From NCBI GenBank assembly GCA_965153285.1, contig OZ229111.1: a stretch of 64,000 nucleotides of DNA; one strand, written 5' to 3'. The stretch is from Podarcis tiliguerta. Lineage: Eukaryota. Below are positions 23,474 through 37,063 of the stretch, in pieces (within the stretch, counting starts at the first letter, position 1; each line of letters opens with the position of its first letter). The notes beneath the pieces are model-generated. The model saw only the letters and a program-made list of their open reading frames with translations. It did no database searches and was not told the origin of the DNA. The position numbers and the translations under genes were made by a program.

Positions 23474-25379
23474 AAAATGCCTGGCTAGTTCAACAGTGGA
23501 ATTGTTCCTTATATGTTAGCCCTTGCTGGATCCAGGACCCCAGGAATTAGAAGGGACTCAGGAATCATACAGATACCCCCAAACTCACAACAGCATAGGA
23601 GAACTCCTGGGGCCGAGGTCCCTTCGTCCCCCCCCAATAAAATATTTGAGGGGGTCCCCCAAAGTTGGCGGGCATTGCCATTCAAGTGGTGTGTGTGTGT
23701 GCTGCATCTTGTGATCGATTATGTGGGGTGGGGCTTACGTGCCCCCTTATTTTATTCAAGTAAAACAATAATGCTTCTGCCTTTGCACTGTGCTTCTCCA
23801 CTCCACAATTCCCCACTCTACTATTCTGTAATTCTTCTGTGTCTCTTTGTGTGTTTTTCTGGCTATCCAGCTTCCTGGCAGGGTTTGCTGCAAAGCAAAG
23901 CACTACACTGGCCCTCTCAAAGGCTCTAGCTGCTTGCCATTTTAATTTAAATCATGTCAACAAGCCAAGAGTGACAGCAATCACAGCCAGTCAGAAGCCA
24001 CCTTTGGAACCAGTGAGGATGGTGGAATGGTGTGGGAGCCAGCTGAGGGAGCGCAGATGATATTTGATAGGCTGGCTCTACTGCCACTCTTTCCTTGGGT
24101 AATGATTTACATTAAAATAGCCATCAGTTGGAGCACTGGAAGTCAGCATGGTCCTTCTGACATGCTGTTGCTTACTACCACCACTGCCACTGTCTCTCTG
24201 TTGGATTTGGCAGTCCTCTTAGCCGTGGGACCCCAAACCTGGTACTGACGTTCCTGTGCCACTCATAGCAGCAACTAGTAGGCATTTGAGGGACCACCAG
24301 AAATTGATCAATCCACTCCTGCCCATCTCTGGCTAAAATATTCCAGCCATGTGGGTTGCTGAACACCCATGGAGAAAGGAAACATGCCTCCCATTGGACA
24401 GCTACTACATAACTTGATACCACTTTGGTGTTATTTTAATGACAGGCAGTATGTAAATATTTAAGATAATAATAAAATAAAAGTCATGTGAAATGAAATA
24501 GCATGTGTGAAATCTAACATGAAAAACTTGGGCAATCTCATGTAAACAGGCATGCAAGTTTCTCCTTTTCCTACAGCTGGACGTTTCAAAAGGAATGTTC
24601 CATCAAAAATGTACATCATCTGGTGGAAAACAGAAACAGGCTCTTAGCAGCAAATATATAAACTTTGGCTAGTTGTGTAATAACTATCAAGTTAATTTTA
24701 ACAAGTTAAATATGTGTACTTGTCCTTACTAGGACTTTTATTAAGTGTATTATTACTTTGTCTGTTTTTATTGGCAGGATTTTTTCTAGAAATGCACTGT
24801 GCATAAATATCTGAATGGTACTTCAGGCCAGCACTCCTGTTAAGTTTTCTTATATGTGACCATTAAGGCATTCACACATGTACACACCAAAGGTCTCACA
24901 AACATCCGCCATTGTGGTATAAAACTCTGCTTGTAGATTTTCAGTGCAATGCCAAGTATGTTGTTGGGAAATAGCTCTTTAGTCTGTGTGTGTGGACTGA
25001 GGTAGTGGACAGGGCCCAACCCCAGATGTTGTTGGGCTCAACTATCATCAAGTCCAGCCAGCATGGCTGATAGTCAGTGCTGATGAGAGTTGAAGTCCAG
25101 CAAGTTCTGGAGGGCACTATGTTGGCTACTTCTGGTGTAGACCAGAGCTTGAGGTTCTGAGTGGGAGGGCAGTGGGTAAATATACCTAAATACTTCAAGC
25201 AGATTGCCCTCAGTCAGAAAGAGGAGCTTGGAAGTTTGAGCAGGTACAACCTTTAGTGTTAGAAATGGATGTATCATATATGAGAAATATATATCATATA
25301 TGAGAAATATATATTTGAGAAATCACTGGATGTTAAGTTCTAAGAACTACAGTACTTGCTGAACTGTGTGTGTGTGTGT

Positions 25380-25457
25380 GTAACTATTTTAATTCAGCCT
25401 CTAAAGGGATGCCTATATATATAGGCATCCCCTTAGAGGCTGAATTAAAATAGTTAC
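25380..25457. repeat. 78-bp spacerless palindrome centred on (TA)5
   Basis: GTAACTATTTTAATTCAGCCTCTAAAGGGATGCCTATAT and its reverse complement, with one mismatch. Confidence 0.9.
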
Positions 25458-27240
25458 TGTTTGAAATAATACTGTGAAATAAGCAAAGGTCTGGATCTCC
25501 ATTTTGAGAGTTTCGTGTTCCAAACGATTGAGATTAAGCATAATGGCCCCTGAAGAAACACAGCAGACCTGAAACCTGTTCAGCAATAACTGTGAGGGGT
25601 TGAGTCAATGTCTGCTGTTAGCTGATTACAGACATCTTGAAAGAATTGCTGGAGCAGCCCTTCTCGCAAGTCTGGAGTTAGCCTTCTGTCATTTGGGTGC
25701 TCCTTCACAATTGAGTTCAAGCGTACGAGAAAGCAGTTGATTGGAAGCTTCAAGGACCCGTGTGTAATCAAAAGCTTTGAACTCTTTGTAGTTTGTGGAG
25801 TTCCTTTACTCCTGGCTACAGAGACTATCATAATATATTACAATGACCTAAACCAGCATCTCGAGCAACAGCCGTGAGTGTAATCCATAAATTAGTTCAT
25901 TAATTCACAGTAAAATGTTTTCAGGTTGTCTTTTAGTACAGAAAAAGAAAATGTTTCTGGAGATTGGCAAAGGATAGGATTCCAGTGACATGCTATGTAT
26001 GAATGCCTTAAAATTTTAACAAGTTTATGTATGTGTTCTTCTAGCAGGTCTATTAAGCTTTCTATTTGGTCTGTATTATGGGCAGAGATTATTCAAGAAA
26101 TAAATTAAGCAAAAATATCTGAATCATACTTCAGGCCAAAAGCCTATTTCTTCTGTTCATTAGTTAATTTCAATTGACATGCAGTAAGCCTTAATTTCTT
26201 AAGCAAGGCACCAGTAGACCTAAACTGGAGGAACTGGGCCCAGGACCAAGGCACCTGCCTCTCAGTTATGTAATAAGTCAGGGGTTCATTCTCGTGAAGG
26301 TCATGCCAAAGGTGTTCATATATTACCCAGGGCCTCTAAATGGTTCACTACATCCACCATCAGAAAAGCTAAGAAGGAAGGGAAAATGCATGTAGGAAGG
26401 CTGGCAGAAATCAAGTGACCTGGAAAGGCAAAAGGAACCCATCTGGCCTTATCTATAGGAACTCCCTTGGATTTAACTACACGGGATATTAAATGTGTAG
26501 CTTTGGTAGTATGTGTATCTGGGTTTTTCCTTGTGTAAAGAACAGCTGCTGGGCTCCCCAGTCAGGACCTGGAGCTGGACCATGGGGAAGAGAGATTTAA
26601 GCTCTTCCTGTTGCTGTACAAAAAGACGAAACAAGAAAATCAAGAAAAAAATACAATAGTTTCAAACATTCACATCATTAAGATTCACTTAATGTGAACA
26701 TTAAGATTTACAACAACCTTCTACACATCTGGGTTGGGTTGGCTTGTCTAAGCGAGCATGTTTGGAGAAGTCACTGAAAATAATACAGCAAAGGCGCTGG
26801 CTTGATCTCAATAGGCAAGGAATTCCGAAGTGTAGGCACTGCCACACTAAACAATCAAGTTCTTACAAATGCCAAAAAGGTATGTGGCACCTGTAGTAAT
26901 GCCAATTCCCTGGATCAGAGCTTATCATGTTGCAGGATGAAGAGGTGAATGAACTCCTGTTGTTATTAGATGCCATAATAGTGTTAAGTTCACTGGATGG
27001 ATAGGGTTAACACCCGGTTTGCTGTAGGTTATAACTTTATTTCATGGTCAGTTTGTTCCTGGTAGCCTTTTTTAGACAGATAACAGTCAGTTAGGATAGA
27101 TCTGTTGTGCAAGGCCTGTGTGACAGAAATATCACTTATCTAGCAAAGTTATGAATATTGTGTTTTAAATCATAATAATACATTTGTTGCTATTGCTCTT
27201 AGGAACTGTGCTGCCCCTCGTATGTTTCAGTGGGAATATG

Positions 27241-27458
27241 CAGTGGTACCTTGGGTTACAAACATTTCAGGTTACAGACTCTGCTAACCTGGAAATAGTA
27301 CCTTGGGTTAAGAACTTTACCTCAGGATGAGAACAGAAATCGTGCACCAGCAGCAGTGGGAGGCCCCATTAGCTAAAGTGGTGCCTCGGGTTAAGAACGG
27401 TTTCAGGTTAAGAATGGACCTCCAGAACAAATTAAGTTTGTAACCAGAGGTACCACTG
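27241..27458. mobile_element. Tc1/mariner-type MITE
   Basis: CAGTGGTACCTTGGGTTA ... GAGGTACCACTG|TA. Body matches 23027 and 52942. Confidence 0.85.
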
Positions 27459-30400
27459 TATAGAGATCTCTCTTTCTCTCTCTGAGGGGCTGGCTGAGGC
27501 ACCACTTCTGGATAATTTATTTGCTTGCAGCTGTATTCTATTCACATGTGCAATGCGAGTTGGGAGGTCACAGAGAGTGCAGCCATAGCAACTTCCATGA
27601 TCCTAAAGGTACATCAAGTGAGGAATCTTGGGATTAAGGAAAATTGCCACAGATGAGCTCCAGGCATTTGTACATCACCCAGATGTGTTGTCGTGATTGT
27701 TAAAGGTTACTCTGAATTACAAAACTCAAGTCAACAATTTAAGAACACAAGTCACCTCCGGGCCACTCTAATTCACTTGGAGTGAGTTTGTCTGGGATGG
27801 CAGGTATATTATTTACAAACTGAGATTGCAACAAAATGTTCCAGAGATTAGTGTTTTCAGGTTATAGCCTGCCAGCCAGCCATGTCCTCTTCTAGAAAAA
27901 TTCCTTTTGTTTCTCCTCCCTAGTTTTCTTTCCCTCACCAACAGATGTTCAGTGTTCAATGGCCACTAAACATGCACAGGCCTTTTGGGGCTGTTTTGGG
28001 GTTGTATCCCCAAAAGAGTACTGATACCTCCTCCTTGTTTTGGCTACAATCCTGTTGGCATTCGGCATTTGAGCTTGCTGTTGGGGAGAGTGATGTCTTT
28101 CTTGCACATTTCATTCAGAAAAGAGCAGCTTAAATTGGGGTGACCAATATTACTCTATCCAGCGAATTCATCCAGAAAACAGTAGGTGCTCTCAAACCAT
28201 TCTCTTTGGAAACTATTTGGTCCACATACAGCCAGATCTGTCAGTTTCGGACCAGCGGAGTGAAACTGTATGAAATAAGTGCAGCATTCCATGTGAATGG
28301 CTTATCATGCACAGCAGCGCACAGTTTGCATTTCAAGCAGTCATCATATGGGCCGCTTGCTTATCTATATCAATTTGGTTTACCACAGGGAAGATTAGGC
28401 AATTTAAGGAATCTATCCTGGCTTCAGACTTGATTATGCTATTGATATCTCCTTCTAAGGAATAAAGTGCTGGTTTTCACTTTGGTACGATCCAGCAAAA
28501 TTTAATGGAACTTTCCAATCCCATTAGTTTCTATGAAAGAGGTACACATGCTTAATTCTTCTACTGAGTAAACTCCATCAATGGGATTTTAAAATCTTTA
28601 TGACACCCTGGACCATGTCTCATATTTAGTTTTCATTGCCAGGAAAAACAATGTTGCTGCGATAGATTTGCCCAAGGAGATAAGCCCTCAGCTAGGGGGA
28701 CTAGAAAACGGTAAGTTTCCAACATTTGCATTGGGTTGATTGCGATCCTGTGGTGCTTGCTTTTTGTGTCTGCATCTATGCAAGGTAATTAAAAATCTTT
28801 GGTGGCCGCTTCATTTAAAACGAAAGCAAATAAAAGCACAGCAAATAAAAGATAACAAAACATTTGCGAGAGGGGGGTCCCCCCCTCCAGCACATGTGGC
28901 AGAAAAAGTCCATGCTGTCATAGTTTGACAGGTGTGTGCTCGGGCGCTGCTGAAAGGGCTCTTGCCCAGAGTTACTCATGAAATCTGAGAGTGTTTGTAA
29001 ACAGTCTGTACTTTCTCAAAGGTGCCCTGGAGATTTGTTACAGGAAGTCAAATTGCTCAAATCTACCTAATTTGGCACGATACGTTGAAAGCACGCTTGA
29101 GTGGTCATAATTGCAGTGGGACTGACTTCATTTAGCAATCTCGGGCCGTACCTTTCCAATAACAACTGCAGGCGATATAAATTCAATCTCTTGTTTGTTT
29201 CTGAAAGTGATTAGCCTGAAAAATTTGGAATTTAAACACTCATAATTGCAAAGTGTTATTTACATTCAATTTTGATTAAGTTCAACAACAAGCAAAAATA
29301 CCTTTCTTTTTTGAGGGGAAAACTCAAAGTTGAGGGGGTACTGAAGACAGTGAATATTTGATCAATGGAAGTTGTGATAATAATGAAATGAGAATTTACA
29401 AAGGCAGGGACCATTTTCCTCATGAACGTGTGTGCTTCCGAAAGATGGGATCCTACAATTTTTTTTAAAAGCAACCTGCAAACATAGTGCAACACCAAGT
29501 AATGCTGTAGAAAGGATCACATTTTAGATATGAGGTCTGACTGAAATAACATGAAAGGCTGCTTCAAATGGCCCAGAAATAACTATTTGGTTTGAGGTAA
29601 TCTCCAGCCTTAATCCATGTTTTGGGAAAGATGATCTAATTGAATGTTGCTTTTAACTCTGAACATGATTAACGTTGGTGGCAGTTTTCAATGAATGGCA
29701 TTATGGAAGTATCTAAATATTTGTTTTAATTATATATTTAGTGACTGTTTATCTCTAGCCCCACCTTCCATCTCCATTTTTGATTTGTTTTTAATAGCAA
29801 CAGTAGCAAATTGTTATGAATGGGGTTTCCGGAAGATATCTTTAGAAAAGGGATTTTGAAAACTATGAGTTAAGCATCATCAGTTTTTCTGTGTCCATAT
29901 GATACTGAGAATTATTTGAGGGTCAGGGACTATGTCATGTGTGTGTATTTGTTGTTTTTTGTTGTTGTTGGGGAAAGTATTATATATATTCCAGTTATTT
30001 CTGTCTCCTCCTTCATCATTCGCAGATAAGTTTCTGTTCCAAAATGACGCTGTTCTATTCACTTCTATCCTATCCTTCAATACAGAAGCTGGAGTTGACA
30101 CATTTGGTTTCCCCACTCGCCATTTGTCCTCACAACAGTCCTGTGAGGAATGTGAGGCTGCCTCTATGTTACTCAGTGAGCTTTACAGCTGACCAGGGAT
30201 TTTAACCTGGATCTTCCTGCATTCTAACCACAACCCTTATCCTTGCTTTCATTCCAGTGCAAAAGTCTTCATGTTCCTCTTCAGCCTGCAATCCCCAGTG
30301 GGCGGACCCTACCATTAGAGAGAGTGAGGGGTTTGCCTCAGGTGGTGGATGCTGAGAGTGGGGTATCAATGAGCTGTTGGAGGGCAGAGTTGCATGTTAA

Positions 30401-30659
30401 GTGTAGTCTGTCCTGTGGTGTCCTCTAAGCTAGCTTCCTAGGTGTGGTGGAAGATATTGTCCCATCACCAGTGTTTGGTTAAGATTCAACTCCCCATTCA
30501 ATCAGTTTCTGTATGTGGAATGGAGGAGGAGTTACAAAATGGATGATCCCAGAATCCACAGCTTGTTGCAAAAGTCCTTGAAGGAACTGGACAGCAAAGC
30601 TGGTTTTCCACAGCTTAGAAACCAAAAACTGCATTGGCCTTGTTCCATATCTCTCAGGT

Positions 30660-31529
30660 TGTTGTTGTTGTTTAGTTGTTTAGTCGTGTCCGACTCTTTG
30701 TGACCCCATGGACCAGAGCACGCCAGGCACTTCTGTCTTTCACTGCCTCCCACAGTTTGGTCAAACTCATGTTCGTACATTCAAGAACACTGTCCAACCA
30801 TCTCTTCCTCTGTCGTCCCCTTCTCCTTGTGCCTTCAATCTTTCCCAACATCAGGGTCTTTTCCAGGGAGTCTTCTCTTCTCATGAGGTGGCCAAAGTAT
30901 TGGAGCCTCAGCTTCACCATCTGTCCTTCCAGTGAGCACTCAGGGCTGATTTCCTTCAGAATGGATAGGTTTGATCTTCTTGCAGTCCATGGGACTCTCA
31001 AGAGTCTCCTCCAGCACCATAATTCAAAAGCATCAATTCTTCGGCGATCAGCCTTCTTTATGGTCCAGCTCTCACTTCCATACATCACTACTGGGAAAAC
31101 CATGGCTTTAACTATGCGGACCTTTGTCGGCAAGGTGATGTCTCTGCTTTTCAAGATGCTGTTTAGGTTTGTCATTTCTGTTCTCCCAAGAAGCAGGCGT
31201 CTTTTAATTTCGTGAGGAACCGGCAAGCCACTCCAGTATCCCTGCCAAGAAAACTCCATGGACAAAGACAACTGGCATATAAAAGCATGGGACTAGACGT
31301 CTCAAAAGGCCACCTCCTCCAGGAGTTATTTCCCCTTCTATTTGCCATGGAGTTTTCTTGGCAGGGATACTGCAGTGGCTTGCCAGTTGCTACTCCAGGT
31401 GGATCACGTTTGGTCAAACCTCTCCACTATGACCTGTCTGTCTTGGGTGGCCCTGCACAGCATAGCTTATAGCTTCTCTGAGTTATTCAAGCCCCTTCGC
31501 CACGGCAAGGCAATGATCCATAAAGGAGG
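30660..31529 (-). mobile_element. Internally deleted/rearranged Bov-B (RTE) insertion
   Basis: 3' ORF end at 30660-31215 (HEIKRRLLLG...VTKSRTRLNN, (CAA)n tail) plus a putative 5'UTR at 31345-31529 and an inverted piece of it. 10-bp TSD TCTCTCAGGT (30650-30659, 31530-31539). Confidence 0.85.
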
Positions 31530-32439
31530 TCTCTCAGGTAGGCTAAGAATATATAGGCAAGGTTATCAATTGTCTATAGAAAGCTGCAGTAATTTCCTCT
31601 TTCCCCCTCCTCCACCCCTTGTGTGCTGTTATGGATGACAGAAGCAACTTTCCTACAGGACACTTACAAGCTGGATGAGTATGTAAAGCTAGAAACAGAT
31701 GATTTAGTCAGCCAAAAATGTGCAGATGGAGGAGTCCCATTGTTCCTTCCATGATTGTAAGTGCACGACTGTCAGCAGTTACATTTTAGAATGGCTGAGC
31801 CCATTAAGGTGATGGCTTCTGTCATCATGCTTAGTTAGAAGCCTTATTTGACCACAGCTCACTTTCATATTCTGTCTGCAGCTCATTGTCAGCCTAGCAC
31901 ATTAATGGAAAGCATGCTGGGGACCAGGCTGAGATGGACTGTGAAGCTGAGATGGACTGTGATCACTGAAAAAGGTATGGTTGGAGGGCTGAGTTTTATT
32001 TTTAAGGGAAGTCCTTCAGTGCAGAGGTATGTGTGGAATCATTTAAAATGTATGAAAATGCAATTATGTCCATGTTCATTATTTAGACAACAATGCCTTT
32101 GGGAGGGGAATAGGACAGATATGCAGTTCTCAGATTACCAAAATAGTGATGACCCTACAGTTTAATCACATTAGATTCAATTGGATATAATCATGCAGCT
32201 TCAGTCAGACTAGTGACTGTAGTATGATCTTGTAAAGTGAATACAAAGCCCAAATCTGAGATAATCTTAAAATCTGAGTTATTCCTGCAGATACCATAAC
32301 ACACACACACACCCCAATTACAATAAAAACACCCAGTAACCAAATGCAAAGACTCGTAGTATGATAGGAAAATATAATAGATCAGCAGTATATGGATGAA
32401 CACACAGTTATATCTCTATTTGTCGTCTGATATCAAGTA

Positions 32440-32670
32440 ACGCATGGCCGAATTATATCAAGACTGGATAACTGCAATGCACTCTACATGGGACTAGATT
32501 TTAAGAGTCTTCATAAGCTGCAGTTGACCCATAGTGCAGTGGCAAATTTATTAAGAAGTGATTGCTCATATCTATGGGAACATGTTGCATCTATTCTGCA
32601 ATGTCAGCGGCACTGGTGGCCAATTTGCTTCTATGTCCCATAGTCTCCATATCAGGCATTGGGTCTTTTG
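32440..32670 (+). mobile_element. Degraded L2-type LINE fragment
   Basis: TCAAGACTGGATAACTGCAATGCACTCTACATGGG = SRLDNCNALYMG, then KLQL. Confidence 0.6.
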
Positions 32671-34101
32671 ACCCAAAATGCCCTCAATGGAAAATTCTGT
32701 AAAATTATCATTTTTTAAACAAAACAAAACAAAAAAACTAAGCAGAGGACAGAAATTGTAGTCCTAATGAACAACCATTTTCGACTCACAAGAACACAAG
32801 CACAGATATCCTTTTCTCAGAATGTTTCCCCTGAGGATGATTTCATATAATCATTTATGACAGGAAAAGGTCACCCCCTGGTAACTTTCTTGCCGTCACT
32901 CTTCCATTCCCTGTCATTCTCCCTTGATTTGTTTATTAAATTGTTCTTCCGTGCATGATTAAATATAAATCTTGCCATGTGAGGTCATATTCGTATGGCC
33001 AGAGGTTATATTAACCACTATAAAAAGACAGGGGGAAGTCAGCATGTGTGATGCAATTCTAAGAACCATGAGAGTAGTCCATATGCACATCAGATCTTTG
33101 AATGTGTCTTTTTCTCCTCCTTTAACCCACCCCAAAGTCACATAAAACCCTGTCGACATAGTAGAATAAACTTACAAATAGCATTCAATAAGATCATACG
33201 TCAGCTGGACAACTAGCCAACTCATCCAACCACAAAATAATTATAACTGTAGGCAGTGGCCGACCTACATTTTGAGTTAACCACTGTTATCTTCTTCAGT
33301 GGGGTTCTTCCATGACAGACCACCACAATATATATATATATATATATTTAAGCTAGCTACTACATTTCAGATTTTGATTAAAATTGCTCTACTGGATTAT
33401 CTCATATGTCAAAGTCACTGGTGTGAATAAATATTTCCTATGCCTTATGGTTTTCAAGTTACTGTATGTGGGGGATAAAAATTAGGGAAATGTTATATAC
33501 ATGCATGAATAAGGTTGTTTCTGGGGCTCCTCTAGGATGATTAGGGACCCTGAAGCTTCCTAACTTTCACAGCAGATCCGCCCCTGATTGTAGGGCTGTA
33601 TCCAATACTGTTCCTCCGCTGATGAAAGGCTTCTGTGACCCAGCAGAGATTTCTGAGAGTGAAAGGGTGTGTGTGTTGCTTTTCACAAATTTCCCCTTTT
33701 CCCTCGGGCCTTGTACTCTACTTCCCAGGTATTCCAAGGTTCCCCCAAACTACAGCAGATTTTGTGGGGGCTGCAACAGCAGGCTGCAGAGTGAAGTTGG
33801 AATCAGTAAAACCCCTCTCCCCTGTCTGTCCTGCCTAACAGAGTCTCCTCTCAATCAAAGGTCATTCCACGAGTGAAATTAATATAATCTGCTGTTTTTA
33901 AAGTTACCTTTCATTTACTTTTGTATCAAATTACTCAAATAAGAGGTTGTTTGCATGTGGAGGAGGCTGAACGACAATGTTCAATGACGGTGGGATTCTG
34001 TGCAGTTGTTTACCTTGTTTCTAAAATGTTGCGTTCGTACCTTGGACTTCATCTTTGTATCCTGCAGAAATTTGGTTATTCGTCTCAGAACTGATGCACT
34101 G

Positions 34102-34295
34102 CAGTCACACATTGGTTTTCGAACAGCTTCGTTCTCGAACGCTTTGGCTCCCGAATGCCGCAAACCCAGAAGTGAGTGCTCCACTTTGCGAACTATTTTT
34201 GGAAGCCAAACAGAAGCCGCACTTTGGTTTCTGAAAGTTTTGGAAGTTGAACGGACTTCCGGAACGGATTCCGTTCAACTTCCGAGGTACGACTG
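34102..34295. mobile_element. Tc1/mariner-type MITE (degenerate left end)
   Basis: Right end CGAGGTACGACTG|TA and internal TTCGAA motifs. Confidence 0.65.
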
Positions 34296-34307
34296 TATAT
34301 AATTTGT

Positions 34308-34597
34308 GGAAGGGCAGTAGGTCAGTGGTAGAGCACTTGTTTTGGACATAGAAGATCCCAGGTTTGATCCCCAGCACCTCCAGGTTGAAATCTTGGCCAG
34401 CCAATGCTAGTCAGTGTAGACAGTACTTAGCTGGACTGATTTTGTATACCTCTGAACACCAGTTTCCGGGAATTTTAAGTGGGGAGTATGCTCAAGTCCT
34501 GCTTGCAAGCTTCCCATAAGTTTCTGGTTGGCCCCTGTGAGAGCAGGATGCTGGACTAGATGGGCCTAGATACAACAGGCGTCTCCTTGTGTTCTTA
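34308..34597 (+). mobile_element. Squam3-like tRNA SINE followed by CR1-type tail
   Basis: GGAAGGGCAGTAGGTCAGTGGTAGAGCAC..CCCAGGTTTGATCCCC head, and CAGGATGCTGGACTAGATGGGCC..GTTCTTA tail. Confidence 0.6.
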
Positions 34598-36636
34598 TTA
34601 TCCTTACTGCACAGGAATATTCATGGAATGCTACAACTTTAAACACAATGGGGTGGTCGAGGGTTGCACTCAAGGTAATTTTTGGGGAATGTGTAATGAC
34701 ACCCATGACTTGTTCATTCTCATTCTGATTGCCATCTTTTGAACCAAGAAGAAACGTTTGCCTTGGTCAAACTGACCCATACTTTCCACTCAGGTGTGCG
34801 TTTTAAGGTTTAAGTTGCTTACACTACAGGTGTCCCTTTGGCAGTGCACCTGTTCTCTGCTTAAAGCGCTTAAATCTGGATTATCTCCAATGGTGGCCTT
34901 TGCACAGGAAGTTGATTAGATTGCCTCACAGTCCCTGCCTAATCTATGATGCTATGTTTGTTTGCTTGACTGATATATAATTCATTAATAGGATGTTCTG
35001 CCCCCATACAGGGGCTTCCTAACATCTTTGTTATCGTATCCCAGCTATATTTCACAAACTTAGGTTTTGTTTCTCCTGTATTTTGTTGTTATAGTTTGGG
35101 CATGAAGGATCAGGGATATTATTCCTATTCCTATTCTGAGCCATTAGAAAGGTATGTATCAGCTACGACATTCTGAATCAGTCCAACCTCTTGTAAAGCC
35201 TGAGAATTAATAATGTGTGAAAGAGAAAAGAAAGTGCTGGATTTGGTCACCCCTTAAGCAGCTGAGGCATTTTTACTGAAATGGGGGAAGAAAATGAGTG
35301 TTTATGTTGTAGTCAGGTGTTTTTCGGTTCTCAACAAACCAGTCATTTTGGCCTGGAAAGTCCCTAAACCTGAATAAAAAAAATATGTTAGCAACCTATC
35401 AAGTAGCACTATAAACAATAAAGTGATTTTATGTTATCAAAGCAATAAAATGACAACATTCCACGTGCACCCCAACTTTTGAATTCACTATCCCCACCAA
35501 AAATCATTATCCCCAAGAAGTATGGACACATTTAAACCTGAATTAACAAGTGCCTGCCAACCACAGCGAAGGAGATTATGTTGCCTGACATTAATAGGGT
35601 GTGCTAGGCCCAAAACACCATAAAGGGAGAACATTAATTAGGTGTCAGAACAAGGGGATATGAAGTGGCAAGTTTGGAAGCTCCTAATAATGCCTATGCA
35701 TGTTTTTGTACACTAATATATCCGGGCGTTACATCATTATTAGGGACATAAAATTATTCTGTAATTTACACCACCATGGAAATGTATTTATTTAAGAAAT
35801 TTATATGCTACCCTTTGTCAAAGGGCCACAAAGTGGTTTACAACATAGTAAATTAACAAACATTGTAACATTCATGCATAACATAATATTCAAAAAAATA
35901 CAAATTTAACAGTTATACAGATACAATTCATAACAAGCAATTCATAATAAATACCAGCATCAAATTATTCAATTCATTCATTCAGCCACTGATACCTTCA
36001 TCCAAAAGCCCGCTGAAAGGTTTTTCTTTGCTTATTTCCAAAAAGAAAACATTTTATTTTATTTTATTTGGATTTGTTTTCAGAATTTTTATACTTCATT
36101 GATTGTAAATAAAGCCTCTAAGTGCTTTAGAAAAACAAAGATGTGGCTGGACACACCTCAGTGGGGATGTCATTCAGAGCCATCACTGAAAAGGCCAATT
36201 TGTGGTGTACGTGGGCTACTTTCAGCAGCCAGAAACATCATAGCCAGACACTGGAGAGACCTGTCAGCAGTAAGCATGGACCAATGGTACCAAATAGTAT
36301 GGGAAACAGCCTTACTAGCAAAATTAACCGATACTCTGAAACTAACATGAGGACAAATAGAAGAAGACGCCTTCACCCCGGTATGGCTCCCCTTTATCAC
36401 ATACACAGCCCAACAAGACAATGACAAAAATCTACCAACAGCATACAAATCAATGTGGCTAACCTGATCCAAAACACCCACCCACCCCACTCACACATGA
36501 AAACAAAGACCACCACAGCCAACCACAAATGAACAACCACACCCTAGGCCAACCCCAACCTCTCTCACCACCAAAGAAACACAAGTGAACAGCAGAGAAC
36601 CTGCACAAGCAATGCTGACACAAAACCCCACATATA

Positions 36637-36983
36637 CAGTGGTGCCCCGCAAGACGAATGCCTCGCAAGACAGAAAACCCGCTAGACGAAAGGGTTTTCC
36701 GTTTTGGAGGTGCTTCGCAGGACGAATTTCCTATGGGCTTGCTTTGCAAGACGAAAATGTCTTGCAATTCCTGGGGTTTTTTCCCCGCTCCCCACCCCCC
36801 TTTTCTAAGGCACTAAGCTGCTAATAGCCTTTTAGCAGCTAATCCGCTAATCCCTTAAACCTTTAATAGCCGCTAATCCGCTAATAGCGCTAATCGGCTA
36901 ATAGGGTTGCTTCGCAAGACGAAAAAACTGCTAGACGAAGAGACTCGCGGAACGGATTCTTTTCATCTTGCGAGGCACCACTG
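36637..36983. mobile_element. Tc1/mariner-type MITE with internal GCTAAT repeats
   Basis: TA|CAGTGGTGCCCCGCAAGA ... TCTTGCGAGGCACCACTG|TA. Confidence 0.85.
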
Positions 36984-37063
36984 TATTAAGTAAAATAGAA
37001 ACATCGCCATCCAACCCCACCCCCACTCATTCCCCCACCCCTCTTTCCCCCTTTTCATCCTAT

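Noticed and set aside
30672-31271. 199-aa ORF (and 13836-14468 ORFs) as host genes
   Set aside because: These are the C-terminal part of the Bov-B ORF in truncated copies.
31928-31962. Short tandem duplication GCTGAGATGGACTGTGA (similar case near 39988-40016)
   Set aside because: Ordinary slippage duplications.
36820-36905. GCTAAT repeat array as a regulatory or CRISPR-like array
   Set aside because: It is an internal low-complexity part of a MITE with no repeat-spacer structure, in eukaryotic DNA.
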